Assembly (NCBI RefSeq): GCF_000007145.1
Contig: NC_003902.1
Span: forward strand, 4,496,497-4,528,496
Source: Xanthomonas campestris pv. campestris str. ATCC 33913
GTDB lineage: Bacteria; Pseudomonadota; Gammaproteobacteria; Xanthomonadales; Xanthomonadaceae
Reading direction: 5' to 3'
Length of the DNA stretch: 32,000 nucleotides
The first letter of the stretch is position 1, and each line of letters begins with the position of its first letter. The notes under the pieces are model-generated. The model was not told where the DNA came from and made no database searches. It worked only from the letters and a program-made list of their open reading frames with translations. Shown here piece by piece: positions 10,417-18,896 of the stretch. Made by a program: the position numbers and the translations under genes.

Positions 10417-13400
10417 ATGAACATCTCCGCGCCCTTCATCAAGCGCCCGATCGGCACCTCGTTGCTGGCGATCGGTTTGTTCGTGATCGGATTGATGTGC
10501 TACCTGCGGCTGGGCGTGGCGGCGTTGCCGAATATCCAAATCCCGGTGATCTTCGTGCACGCCACGCAGTCCGGCGCCGACGCCAGCACCATGGCCTCCA
10601 CGGTCACCGCGCCACTGGAACGCCACCTGGGCCAGCTACCCGGCATCGACCGCATGCGCTCCTCCAGTTCGGAGAGCAGCAGCATGGTGTTCATGATTTT
10701 CCAGAGTAATCGCGACATTGATTCGGCCGCGCAGGATGTGCAGACCGCGATCAACTCGGCACAGTCCGATCTGCCCTCCGGGCTCGGCACGCCGATGTAC
10801 CAGAAGGCCAACCCGAACGACGACCCGGTCATCGCCATTGCGCTGACCTCCGACACCCAATCGGCCGATGAGCTCTACAACGTGGCCGATTCGCTGCTGG
10901 CGCAACGGCTGCGGCAGATCACCGGCATCAGTTCGGTGGATATCGCCGGTGCCTCCACGCCAGCCGTGCGCGTGGATGTGGACCTGCGCGCGCTCAACGC
11001 ATTGGGCTTGACCCCGGACGACCTGCGCAACGCTGTGCGCGCGGCCAACGTCACCTCGCCGACCGGCTTTTTGTCCGACGGCAACACCACCATGGCGATC
11101 ATCGCCAACGATTCGGTGGCCAAGGCCGCCGACTTCGCGCAGCTGGCGATCTCCACCCAATCCAACGGGCGCATCGTGCGCCTGGGCGATGTGGCCACCG
11201 TCTACGACGGTCAGCAGGATGCCTACCAGGCCGCCTGGTTCAACGGCAAACCCGCGGTGGTGATGTATGCCTTCACCCGCGCCGGTGCCAACATTGTCGA
11301 AACCGTGGACCAGGTGAAGGCGCAGATTCCCGAGCTGCGCGCCTACCTGCAACCCGGCACGACCCTTACACCGTATTTCGACCGCACGCCCACCATCCGC
11401 GCCTCGCTGCATGAAGTGCAGGCCACGCTGATGATCAGCCTGGCGATGGTGGTGCTGACCATGGCGCTGTTCCTGCGCCGCCTGGCGCCCACGCTCATCG
11501 CCGCGGTCACCGTGCCGCTGTCGCTGGCCGGCTCGGCGTTGGTGATGTACGTGCTCGGCTTCACCTTGAACAACCTCAGCCTGCTGGCGCTGGTGATCGC
11601 GATTGGCTTCGTGGTCGACGATGCGATCGTGGTGATCGAAAACATCATGCGCCACCTCGACGAGGGCATGCCGCGCCTGCAGGCCGCACTCACCGGCGCG
11701 CGCGAGATCGGCTTCACCATCGTGTCGATCACTGCCTCACTGGTGGCGGTGTTCATTCCGATGTTGTTTGCCAGCGGCATGGTCGGCGCGTTCTTCCGCG
11801 AGTTCACCGTGACCTTGGTGGCCGCCATCGTGGTTTCGATGCTGGTGTCGCTGACGCTGACGCCGGCGTTGTGCAGCCGCTTCCTCTCCGCCCATACCGC
11901 GCCGGAAAAACCCAGCCGTTTCGGCGCCTGGCTGGATCGCATGCACGACCGCATGCTCGCGGTGTACACGGTGGCACTGGATTTTTCGTTGCGGCATGCC
12001 TTGCTGTTGTCGCTGACGCCGCTGGTGCTGATCGCCGCCACCATCTTCCTGGGTGGTGCGGTCAAGAAAGGCTCGTTCCCGCCACAGGACACCGGCCTGA
12101 TCTGGGGCCGCGCCAATTCCAGCGCCATGGTGTCGTTTGCCGACATGGTCAGCCGCCAGCGCCGCATCACCGACATGTTGATGGCCGACCCGGCGGTGAA
12201 AACCGTGGGCGCGCGGCTGGGCTCCGGCCGCCAGGGGTCCAGCGCCTCATTCAACATCGAACTGAAAAAACGCGACGAAGGCCGGCGCGAGACCACCGCG
12301 CAGGTGGTTGCGCGCCTGAGCGCCAAGGCCGACCGTTACCCGGATCTAGATTTGCGCCTGCGCGCAATCCAGGACCTGCCCAGCGATGGCGGTGGCGGTA
12401 CCAGTCAAGGAGCGCAATACCGCGTGTCGCTGCAGGGCAACGATCTCGCGCAACTGCAGGAATGGCTGCCCAAGGTGCAGGCCGCACTGAAAAAGAACCC
12501 GCGCCTGCGCGATGTCGGTACCGACGTGGATACCTCGGGCCTGCGCCAGAACATCGTGATCGACCGCGCCAAGGCCGCGCGCCTGGGAATTTCAGTGGGT
12601 GCCATCGACGGCGCACTGTATGGCGCGTTCGGCCAGCGCTCCATCTCCACCATCTATTCGGATCTCAACCAGTACAGCGTGGTGGTCAATGCACTGCCAT
12701 CGCAGACCGCCACGCCCAAGGCACTGGATGAAGTGTTCGTGCCCAATCGCGCCGGCCAGATGGTGCCGATCACCGCGGTGGCCACGCAGGTGCCGGGCCT
12801 GGCGCCGCCGCAGATCACCCACGACAACCAGTATTCGACGATGGATCTGAGCTACAACCTCGCACCGGGCGTGAGCACCGGCGAGGCGGATCTGATCATC
12901 AAGAACACCGTGGAAGGGCTGCGCATGCCCGGCGACATCCGCATCAGCGATGGTGGCGGTTTCAACGTGCAACTCAATCCCAATTCGATGGGCGTGTTGC
13001 TGCTGGCCGCAGTGCTCACCGTGTACATCGTGCTGGGCATGCTCTACGAGAGCCTGATCCACCCGGTGACCATCCTGTCCACGCTGCCGGCCGCCGGCGT
13101 GGGCGCGCTGCTGGCGTTGTTCATCACCAACACCGAGCTGTCGGTGATTTCGATGATCGCGCTGGTGCTGCTGATCGGCATTGTCAAAAAGAACGCCATC
13201 ATGATGATCGACTTCGCACTGGTGGCGCAGCGCGAGCATGGCAAGGATGCACGTGCGGCTGCACGCGAGGCATCGATCGTGCGCTTCCGCCCGATCATGA
13301 TGACCACGATGGTGGCGATCCTGGCCGCGGTGCCGCTGGCGGTGGGGCTGGGCGAAGGCTCGGAACTGCGCCGGCCGCTGGGTATCGCGATGATTGGCGG

Positions 13401-13557
13401 GTTGGTGTTCTCGCAGGGCCTGACCCTGCTCAGCACCCCGGCGCTGTACGTGATCTTTTCCTGCCTGAGCGAGCGCTGGAAGGCGCGCCGCGCGCGCAAG
13501 CGTGCACAGCGGGCCGAGCGCGCCGCCGCACGCCGCCCGGCAGCCTCCGCACACTAA
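10417..13557 (+). CDS. mdtC: RND multidrug efflux permease subunit, MdtC/MuxC type
   Basis: Within ORF 10225..13557. The ATG at 10417 gives MNISAPFIKRPIGTSLLAIGL, collinear with E. coli MdtC. RND motifs are IGFVVDDAIVVIENI, GIVKKNAIMMIDFAL and RFRPIMMTT. No outer-membrane factor gene follows. Confidence 0.92.
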   Translation: MNISAPFIKRPIGTSLLAIGLFVIGLMCYLRLGVAALPNIQIPVIFVHATQSGADASTMASTVTAPLERHLGQLPGIDRMRSSSSESSSMVFMIFQSNRDIDSAAQDVQTAINSAQSDLPSGLGTPMYQKANPNDDPVIAIALTSDTQSADELYNVADSLLAQRLRQITGISSVDIAGASTPAVRVDVDLRALNALGLTPDDLRNAVRAANVTSPTGFLSDGNTTMAIIANDSVAKAADFAQLAISTQSNGRIVRLGDVATVYDGQQDAYQAAWFNGKPAVVMYAFTRAGANIVETVDQVKAQIPELRAYLQPGTTLTPYFDRTPTIRASLHEVQATLMISLAMVVLTMALFLRRLAPTLIAAVTVPLSLAGSALVMYVLGFTLNNLSLLALVIAIGFVVDDAIVVIENIMRHLDEGMPRLQAALTGAREIGFTIVSITASLVAVFIPMLFASGMVGAFFREFTVTLVAAIVVSMLVSLTLTPALCSRFLSAHTAPEKPSRFGAWLDRMHDRMLAVYTVALDFSLRHALLLSLTPLVLIAATIFLGGAVKKGSFPPQDTGLIWGRANSSAMVSFADMVSRQRRITDMLMADPAVKTVGARLGSGRQGSSASFNIELKKRDEGRRETTAQVVARLSAKADRYPDLDLRLRAIQDLPSDGGGGTSQGAQYRVSLQGNDLAQLQEWLPKVQAALKKNPRLRDVGTDVDTSGLRQNIVIDRAKAARLGISVGAIDGALYGAFGQRSISTIYSDLNQYSVVVNALPSQTATPKALDEVFVPNRAGQMVPITAVATQVPGLAPPQITHDNQYSTMDLSYNLAPGVSTGEADLIIKNTVEGLRMPGDIRISDGGGFNVQLNPNSMGVLLLAAVLTVYIVLGMLYESLIHPVTILSTLPAAGVGALLALFITNTELSVISMIALVLLIGIVKKNAIMMIDFALVAQREHGKDARAAAREASIVRFRPIMMTTMVAILAAVPLAVGLGEGSELRRPLGIAMIGGLVFSQGLTLLSTPALYVIFSCLSERWKARRARKRAQRAERAAARRPAASAH

Positions 13558-13697
13558 GAGCGGCTAACAAAACGTAGCGAGCAGCCGTCAGGTGGGTGCG
13601 GACGGCGCGGAGGAACCGGAATGTACGTGGGTACATGAGGATTCCGAGCACCGGCCGCGCCCGCCCGGCGGCTGCGCAGTAGTTTTGATAGCTGCTC
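13558..13697. mobile_element. MITE-like 140-bp imperfect palindromic element flanked by TAA direct repeats
   Basis: Terminal inverted repeats are GAGCGGCTAACAAAAC (13558-13573) and GTTTTGATAGCTGCTC (13682-13697), matching 14/16. The interior pairs arm-to-arm over most of its length, with two 1-nt offsets and mostly transition mismatches. The apex is ATGTAC-GTGG-GTACAT (13621-13636). It is flanked by TAA at 13555-13557 (the mdtC stop codon) and TAA at 13698-13700. No ORF inside. Confidence 0.55.
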
Positions 13698-13804
13698 TAA
13701 GCTGCGGCGCTGTGACCACGTTGGCCCACGCGGGCCGGCGTGGTGGGGCGTGCGGACCGCTCGCGTCCGCTTGATCGGATGCAACTGAAAAATCTCCGCA
13801 CGCG

Positions 13805-13831
13805 TGTCGATCTGCCGCGTGCTGGTTCGTC
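13805..13831 (+). promoter_or_regulatory. Candidate ECF-sigma-dependent promoter upstream of the YciI/DGPF gene
   Basis: TGTCGA (13805-13810), a 17-nt spacer, then CGTC (13828-13831), about 58 nt upstream of the ATG at 13889. This is the general ECF -35/-10 architecture. As far as I recall, TGTCGA / CG(A/T)C is the motif proposed for ECF42 sigma factors upstream of DGPF genes. Confidence 0.4.
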
Positions 13832-13888
13832 GTGTCTGCAATGGCCGCAGTGAGCGGTCATCCGCCCGACATCACGAAGGAGATCCGC

Positions 13889-14308
13889 ATGCGCTGCATG
13901 GCCATCATCAAGGCAAGCCCCGAATCCGAAGCCGGCATTCTGCCCAGCGAGCGCCAGCTCACTGCGATGGGTGCGTTCAACCAGGAACTGCTCAACGCCG
14001 GCGTCCTGCTCGGCGGTGAGGGGCTGCATCCCAGCGCGCGCGGGCTGCGCCTGCAGCTGGATGCGCACGGCAGCCGTGTCACCTCCGGCCCGTTTGCAGC
14101 CACCGGTGAATTGATCGCCGGCTTCTGGCTGCTGCAGGTCAACACACTGGACGACGCCGTGGCGTGGTTGAAACGCATGCCCAATCCCGACAACGCACCG
14201 ATCGAGATCGAATTGCGCCCGGTCTTCGAGGCCGAGGACTTCGGCACTGCATTTACTGCCGAGGCACGCGCTCTGGAAGACGCGCTACGCCAACAACTCG
14301 CCCACTGA
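13889..14308 (+). CDS. YciI-like / DGPF-domain protein (139 aa)
   Basis: Within ORF 13832..14308. The ATG at 13889 is preceded by AAGGAG (13877-13882). The sequence MRCMAIIKASPESEAG...GEGL.PS..G.R......VTSGPFA.TGELIAGFWLLQV...DDAV.W..R.P is typical of the YCII-related (DGPF) family. Confidence 0.85.
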   Translation: MRCMAIIKASPESEAGILPSERQLTAMGAFNQELLNAGVLLGGEGLHPSARGLRLQLDAHGSRVTSGPFAATGELIAGFWLLQVNTLDDAVAWLKRMPNPDNAPIEIELRPVFEAEDFGTAFTAEARALEDALRQQLAH

Positions 14309-14331
14309 TCCCCGCACCCTGGAGACCGCCC

Positions 14332-14765
14332 ATGCACGTCACGCCCTATCTCTATTTCAACGGCCATTGCCGTGAAGCCTTCGCCCATTACCAACGCGTC
14401 CTCGGTGGCGAGTTGATGCTGATGACCTACGCACAGATGCCGCCAGACACCCGCGATGACGGCTGCGCCGACGTGAGCGCCGCGGCACCGGACCAGGTCA
14501 TGCACGTCACGCTCGCCGCAGGCGAAGCGCCACTGCTGATGGGCTCGGACATGCCGCCCGGCCAGCACGCGCCGGGCGGCTCCAACATCGCGGTCGCTCT
14601 GAACTTCGATGACAACGCCGAGGCAGAGCGCGTGTTCGCGGCGCTGGCCGAGGCGGCCAGATCGGTATGCCTATGGAGGAAACCTTCTGGGCCGAGCGCT
14701 TTGGCATGTGCGTTGACCGGTTCGGGATCCAGTGGCTGGTCAACGGACGCTACCAGCAGAGTTGA
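14332..14765 (+). pseudogene. VOC/PhnB-like (glyoxalase fold) gene with a 1-nt frameshift
   Basis: The ATG at 14332 (RBS GGAGA at 14321-14325) gives MHVTPYLYFNGHCREAFAHYQRVLGGEL...MHVTLAAGEAPLLMGSDMPPG...NFDDNAEAERVFAALAE. After 14652 the conserved C-terminus GGQIGMPMEETFWAERFGMCVDRFGIQWLVNGRYQQS* continues in the +1 frame (stop 14763-14765). The sequence reads GAGGCGGC where GAGGGCGGC would restore a single ~145-aa ORF. Confidence 0.75.
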
Positions 14766-14799
14766 CCCCAGCCGTTGCGCTCGCTCACAGGAGCTGCCC

Positions 14800-15156
14800 A
14801 TGCACCCACAGCGCGCGATGGATGCACATATCGTGTCACTGCCGCTCGCCATCGCGTTCTTCCGCGCGATGGGGCTGCGCCTGCTGCCCTGTAACGTGTG
14901 CGAGGACTGTTTGATGTTGCGGGGTATGTGCGCAGTCGCCACGGTGCAGTGTCTTGCGCCGATGGCACGGATGACGCAGCAGCCGTGCACCGCGTGCAGC
15001 AGGGCGAGCTGGAGCGCGCAGCGCACACCGTCGCGTGTCGCCGCGCACACCACGCCGCCTGCAGAAACGCTGCTGCAGCATCGCTGGCAGACACAGCGCA
15101 CGCTCGCACGCTGCGGCGATGCAGATGTCTTGCACAACCTCTGCGAACCGGGCTGA
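14800..15156 (+). CDS. Hypothetical Cys-rich protein (118 aa)
   Basis: The ATG at 14800 is preceded by AGGAG (14789-14793). My hand count of third codon positions gives about 80% GC, which is coding-like for this genome. It has 9 Cys, including CNVCEDC-x6-C and CTAC. I recognise no family. It is the 3' part of the chimeric 330-aa track ORF 14164..15156. Confidence 0.35.
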   Translation: MHPQRAMDAHIVSLPLAIAFFRAMGLRLLPCNVCEDCLMLRGMCAVATVQCLAPMARMTQQPCTACSRASWSAQRTPSRVAAHTTPPAETLLQHRWQTQRTLARCGDADVLHNLCEPG

Positions 15157-15213
15157 GCCATGCAGGCGCGCTGCGGCGCGTCTTGCTGGCAACACGCGGG
15201 AATGCTCTGATCG

Positions 15214-16491
15214 GTGCCCATGGCTGCGACCGACATTTCCGCACTGCTGGACACCCTGTGGCGCCGCGAGGCCTCACGCATCATCGGTGCGTTGGCACGC
15301 CAGCTCCGCGACGTCGGTCTGGCCGAAGAACTGGCGCAGGATGCGCTGGTCGCCGCACTGGAGCATTGGCCGCGCAACGGCATTCCCGACAACCCGGCCG
15401 CGTGGCTGATGACCACCGCCAAGCACCGCGCCATCGACCGCCTGCGCCACTATCAATTGCAGCGGCGCAAGCAAGATGCGCTGAGCTTCGAGATCGAGCG
15501 CGAACAACAAGCCGCCAGTGCCGCGCAGCTCGTCGATCCCGATGATGACCTGGGCGATGACCAACTGCGTTTGATGTTCGTGGCCTGCCACCCGGCGCTG
15601 GGAACCGATGCGCGTGTCGCACTGACCCTGCGCCTGCTCGGCGGCTTGAGCACCGATGCGATCGCACGCGCGTTTTTGGTGCCGGAAGCCACCATCGCCC
15701 AGCGCATCGTGCGGGCCAAACGCACGCTCAGCGACAAGCAGGTGCCGTTCGAAGTGCCGCGCGGGAGCGAGCGGCATGCACGGCTGGCCTCGGTGCTGGA
15801 GGTGCTGTACCTGATCTTCAACGAAGGCTACGCGGCCAGCGACGGCGACGATGCACAGCGGCCTGCGCTCTGCCACGAAGCGCTGAGCTTGATCGGCGTG
15901 CTTGCCGAGCAGATGCCCACTGCCGCCGAGGTGCATGCATTGCGCGCCCTGATGGCGTTGCAGGCCTCACGTAGCGCGGCGCGCAGCGATGCCAGCGGCG
16001 CACCGGTGTTATTGCTGGAGCAGGACCGCAGCCGCTGGCATCAACCGCTGATCCAGCTCGGCCTGGCCGCGCTGGCCCGCGCGCAGCAGTTGGGAGGTGG
16101 CGAGAGCAGTTACGCCTTGCAGGCTGCCATCGCCGCCTGCCACGTCACCGCCGCGCAGGCGCAGGACACCGACTGGCCGCGCATCGCCGCGCTGTACACA
16201 CGGCTGGCGCAGCGCGTTCCCTCACCGGTGATTGCACTCAATCGCGCCGTGGCCATCGCAATGGCCGAAGGCCCAGCCGCAGGGTTGGTGCTGGTAGAGG
16301 CCTTGCAGCAGGACAGCGCACTGCGTCACTACCATCTGCTGCCCAGCGTTCGCGGCGACCTGCTCTACAAGCTCGGCCGGTTTGACGAAGCACGCGCTGA
16401 CTTCCTGCATGCCGCCACGCTGGCCGGCAACGCACGCGACAAGACATTCCTGCTAACCCGCGCCGATGCCTGCTCCGGGTTGCCTGCGTAA
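15214..16491 (+). CDS. ECF-type RNA polymerase sigma factor with long C-terminal TPR-like extension (ECF42-like / DUF6596)
   Basis: 425 aa, starting at GTG 15214 or ATG 15220. Sigma-2 region: ASRIIGALARQLRDVGLAEELAQDALVAALEHWPRNGIPDNPAAWLMTTAKHRAIDRLR. Sigma-4 region: LRLMFVACHPAL..DARVALTLRLLGGLSTDAIARAFLVPEATIAQRIVRAKRTL. About 200 aa of helical extension follow. It neighbours YciI/DGPF and VOC genes, as is typical for this group. Confidence 0.85.
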   Translation: MPMAATDISALLDTLWRREASRIIGALARQLRDVGLAEELAQDALVAALEHWPRNGIPDNPAAWLMTTAKHRAIDRLRHYQLQRRKQDALSFEIEREQQAASAAQLVDPDDDLGDDQLRLMFVACHPALGTDARVALTLRLLGGLSTDAIARAFLVPEATIAQRIVRAKRTLSDKQVPFEVPRGSERHARLASVLEVLYLIFNEGYAASDGDDAQRPALCHEALSLIGVLAEQMPTAAEVHALRALMALQASRSAARSDASGAPVLLLEQDRSRWHQPLIQLGLAALARAQQLGGGESSYALQAAIAACHVTAAQAQDTDWPRIAALYTRLAQRVPSPVIALNRAVAIAMAEGPAAGLVLVEALQQDSALRHYHLLPSVRGDLLYKLGRFDEARADFLHAATLAGNARDKTFLLTRADACSGLPA

Positions 16492-16601
16492 CGCGCGCGT
16501 TGTCGTTTTACGTGCTGGCTGCGCCAAACGATTAGATGGGCTCGGTGCGCGTACCGCAGCCCCAATGTGGCGCGGCACGCGATACCAACGCCACCGCCTG
16601 G

Positions 16602-17969
16602 CTACACCAGCAACGCCCGCAACGAGTCGCGCTCCAGCTGCGCATACAGCGCAAACTCGTCATGCACCGGCGCGCCCAGTTCGCGTTCGAAGGTGCTCTT
16701 GCTGGCGTGCGCGGCATAGGCGCGCTGCTCGGCGCCGCCCAGATTGGATTGAAAGATGCCCGCCGCGCTCACCGGCAGGAAGTCTTCGTAGATGATCGGA
16801 TCGGCGCGCACCAATCCCAGCGCGATCGCGGTTTCGGCCGGCATCGCGGCAACCTGCGCCGGGTCGGCGCGGCCGGCCTCGGTGAGCGCGTAACGGAAAT
16901 ACCCCAGGCCTTCCTGGCGCAGCACCGCTTCATCATCGGGGAACGCAACGAACGCGGTCTGCAGCACGGTGGCGTAATCGCTGCCGGTACTGCCGGCGCC
17001 CTCGGTCTCGCGCGCCTGCGCCAGCAACGCGTCGTACAGCGCGCGGCCCTTGGGCGTGAGTGCAAGCCCGCGCTGCTCGATCTCGCCGAAGCGCGCGGTA
17101 TGCGTGCCCTGCTCGGCCTGGCCCGTTTCGCCCAGGAAGCGCACCGGCTCTTCCAGCGCCTTGAAGCTGGTCTGCCGCAACAGGATCGGCACGCGCCGGC
17201 GTGGCGGGCCTTCGATGACTGCCTTGGCCTCGATGCCGGCGCGCTGCATCTGTGCCTGCGCCGCATCGATATCCAGCGTGCGCGGCGTGAGGTGATTGAT
17301 ATGCGGGCCGTGGAAACTCACCACGTCGGCAATCAGTTTGTGCGCCTGGCTCAACGCGCGGTAGGTGGGCAACGCCACTGTTGCATCGCCATGCCAACGA
17401 AAGGTTTCCAACGCCTGCGCCACGAACTGCTGCGCCTGTGTCGCATCCAGGCCGCCGGCACGCTCGTGCTGCTCGATCAGTGATAGCGCCTCGGCAGTGA
17501 AGATCTGGCGTTGCGCCAGGATCTCCGCCGCCTGCGCGCGCAGCGCCGGATCTTCGATCAATTCCAGGCGCAGCAGCGAGGTGAACACGCGGAACGGATT
17601 GGCCGACAACGCTGCATCGTCGATCGGGCGGAAGGCGGTGGAGTGCACCGGCACGCCCGCAACAGAGAGGTCGTAATAGCCCACCGGATGCATGCCCATT
17701 ACCGCAAACAGCCGCCGCAACGTGGCCAGCTCCTGTGCCGTGCCGACCCGGATCGCACCATGCCGCTCCAGATCCAGCCGCGCGCGCTCGTCGTTGCGTT
17801 GCAGCCGCGCCGCCAGTGCCGGATCGGCCTGCAGGGTCTGCGCGTTGACGTCGGCCACCAGGGTCATCAGGTCGCCATACAGCGGCACCTCGGCGCGATA
17901 CATGTCTGACATGGCCTGCGCAAACAGGCTGCGGATCTGGTCAGGGGAAACAAACACGGTCTCGCGCAT
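16602..17969 (-). CDS. DUF1338 family metalloenzyme (YdcJ / HglS-like 2-oxoadipate dioxygenase/decarboxylase)
   Basis: Within ORF 16602..18386. The in-frame ATG at 17969 gives MRETVFVSPDQIRSLFAQAMSDMYRAEVPLYGDLMTLV (455 aa), the typical N-terminus and length of DUF1338 proteins. The upstream 139 codons are Arg/Ala-rich and look non-coding. Confidence 0.8.
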   Translation of the reverse strand: MRETVFVSPDQIRSLFAQAMSDMYRAEVPLYGDLMTLVADVNAQTLQADPALAARLQRNDERARLDLERHGAIRVGTAQELATLRRLFAVMGMHPVGYYDLSVAGVPVHSTAFRPIDDAALSANPFRVFTSLLRLELIEDPALRAQAAEILAQRQIFTAEALSLIEQHERAGGLDATQAQQFVAQALETFRWHGDATVALPTYRALSQAHKLIADVVSFHGPHINHLTPRTLDIDAAQAQMQRAGIEAKAVIEGPPRRRVPILLRQTSFKALEEPVRFLGETGQAEQGTHTARFGEIEQRGLALTPKGRALYDALLAQARETEGAGSTGSDYATVLQTAFVAFPDDEAVLRQEGLGYFRYALTEAGRADPAQVAAMPAETAIALGLVRADPIIYEDFLPVSAAGIFQSNLGGAEQRAYAAHASKSTFERELGAPVHDEFALYAQLERDSLRALLV

Positions 17970-18225
17970 GGGACAGTCTTGGCAGTGCCGGCCACTGCCG
18001 ACGTTGCCCCATTCTCGCCGACCCTGCCGGCTGGCGGCCAGCTGCACGGCAGCATCGGCATCGCGTGTTGGCTGGCAGACAGCAGTGCTGCCAGGCGCCG
18101 TTCGGCGGTACTCGCGCGCCATGCTGCGCAGTGTCGCGTCATTGCGCCGTGCCGCCGTCATCGGCAACTCCATCGCAGCGCCCGTTGCGCCTGCACCATC
18201 GCGCTGCCGCGCGACAGCTACCGCG

Positions 18226-18849
18226 CTACAACCCGGCTTGCACCGCTGCTTCGGCTGCCTCGCTGGCCTCGCGCGCCGCTTCCAGGCGCTGGGTATGGTC
18301 ACCCAGTTGGCGGCGCAGCAGCGCGTCCAGCGTGATCGGCCGCTCCCAGCGGTCGTAGCTGGCCACGATCGCGTGGCGCAACGCACGCAGGTGCGCCGTG
18401 TCTGGCGCCACCGATAGCCGCGTGATCACACCCTGCCAGCCGTCGTGATGGTCGCGGCTGAAAGCGCGCACGGTGTCGCGGCAGGACAGCTGCAGCGTCT
18501 GCGCCCAGAAACACGCGAAATAGATGTCCCCCGCATGCCAGCCGTGCACCTGCAGCAGCGCCTGCACATAGCCGCGGCGTACACCGGCGTAGCGCGCCAC
18601 CTCGTCCATGAAACTGTCCGGATAGCGCTGCGCGTAGCTGCCCATATCGGCCAGATGCTGGTCCACCCAGGCGTCGCCGGTGCCCGGCATCACTGCCGGC
18701 GCGGTTTCCTGTCCCGTCGCGGCAGCGGCCGACGCAGGCGCTGCTGGCGCTGCCGCACTCTGCGCCGCGGCCCATGCAGGCAACAGCAACAGCAGCAGCG
18801 CCAGCAGCAGCGGCACGGTTCGAAGCGACAGGGCGCGCAACACAGGCAT
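18226..18849 (-). CDS. Secreted hypothetical protein (207 aa)
   Basis: Within ORF 18226..18897. The Met at 18849 gives the signal peptide MPVLRALSLRTVPLLLALLLLLLPAWAAAQ. I recognise no family. Confidence 0.6.
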   Translation of the reverse strand: MPVLRALSLRTVPLLLALLLLLLPAWAAAQSAAAPAAPASAAAATGQETAPAVMPGTGDAWVDQHLADMGSYAQRYPDSFMDEVARYAGVRRGYVQALLQVHGWHAGDIYFACFWAQTLQLSCRDTVRAFSRDHHDGWQGVITRLSVAPDTAHLRALRHAIVASYDRWERPITLDALLRRQLGDHTQRLEAAREASEAAEAAVQAGL

Positions 18850-18896
18850 GCGCAGATGATGCCGCAAGCATGTGCGGCTGTCAGGCCGGTGGCGCA

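Noticed and set aside
5730-13554. Long antisense or off-frame ORFs across mdtABC (e.g. 5730..7010 -, 7269..8540 -, 8571..9989 -, 8573..10420 +, 10636..11655 -, 11343..12326 -, 12592..13554 -)
   Set aside because: They have the composition (Arg/Gly/His/Ala/Pro-rich) of out-of-frame translation of GC-rich coding DNA. The RND and MFP frames are unambiguous.
14164-15156. 330-aa plus-strand track ORF
   Set aside because: It is a chimera made of the YciI gene 3' region out of frame, the VOC gene N-terminal part, frameshifted read-through, and the downstream Cys-rich ORF. I split it into separate features instead.
14427-15434. 335-aa minus-strand ORF spanning the VOC gene, the gap and the sigma N-terminus
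   Set aside because: It is Ser/Ala/Cys-rich and shares third codon positions with the plus-strand genes (antisense shadow). No motifs.
16602-18386. N-terminal 139-codon extension of the DUF1338 ORF; similar long extensions of the amiD (to 28020), mdtA (from 5217), mdtC (from 10225), epimerase (from 28797) and YkuD-like (from 30208) ORFs
   Set aside because: The extensions are Arg/Ala/Pro-rich and overlap neighbouring genes or intergenic DNA. Internal starts give family-typical N-termini, signal peptides and Shine-Dalgarno sequences.
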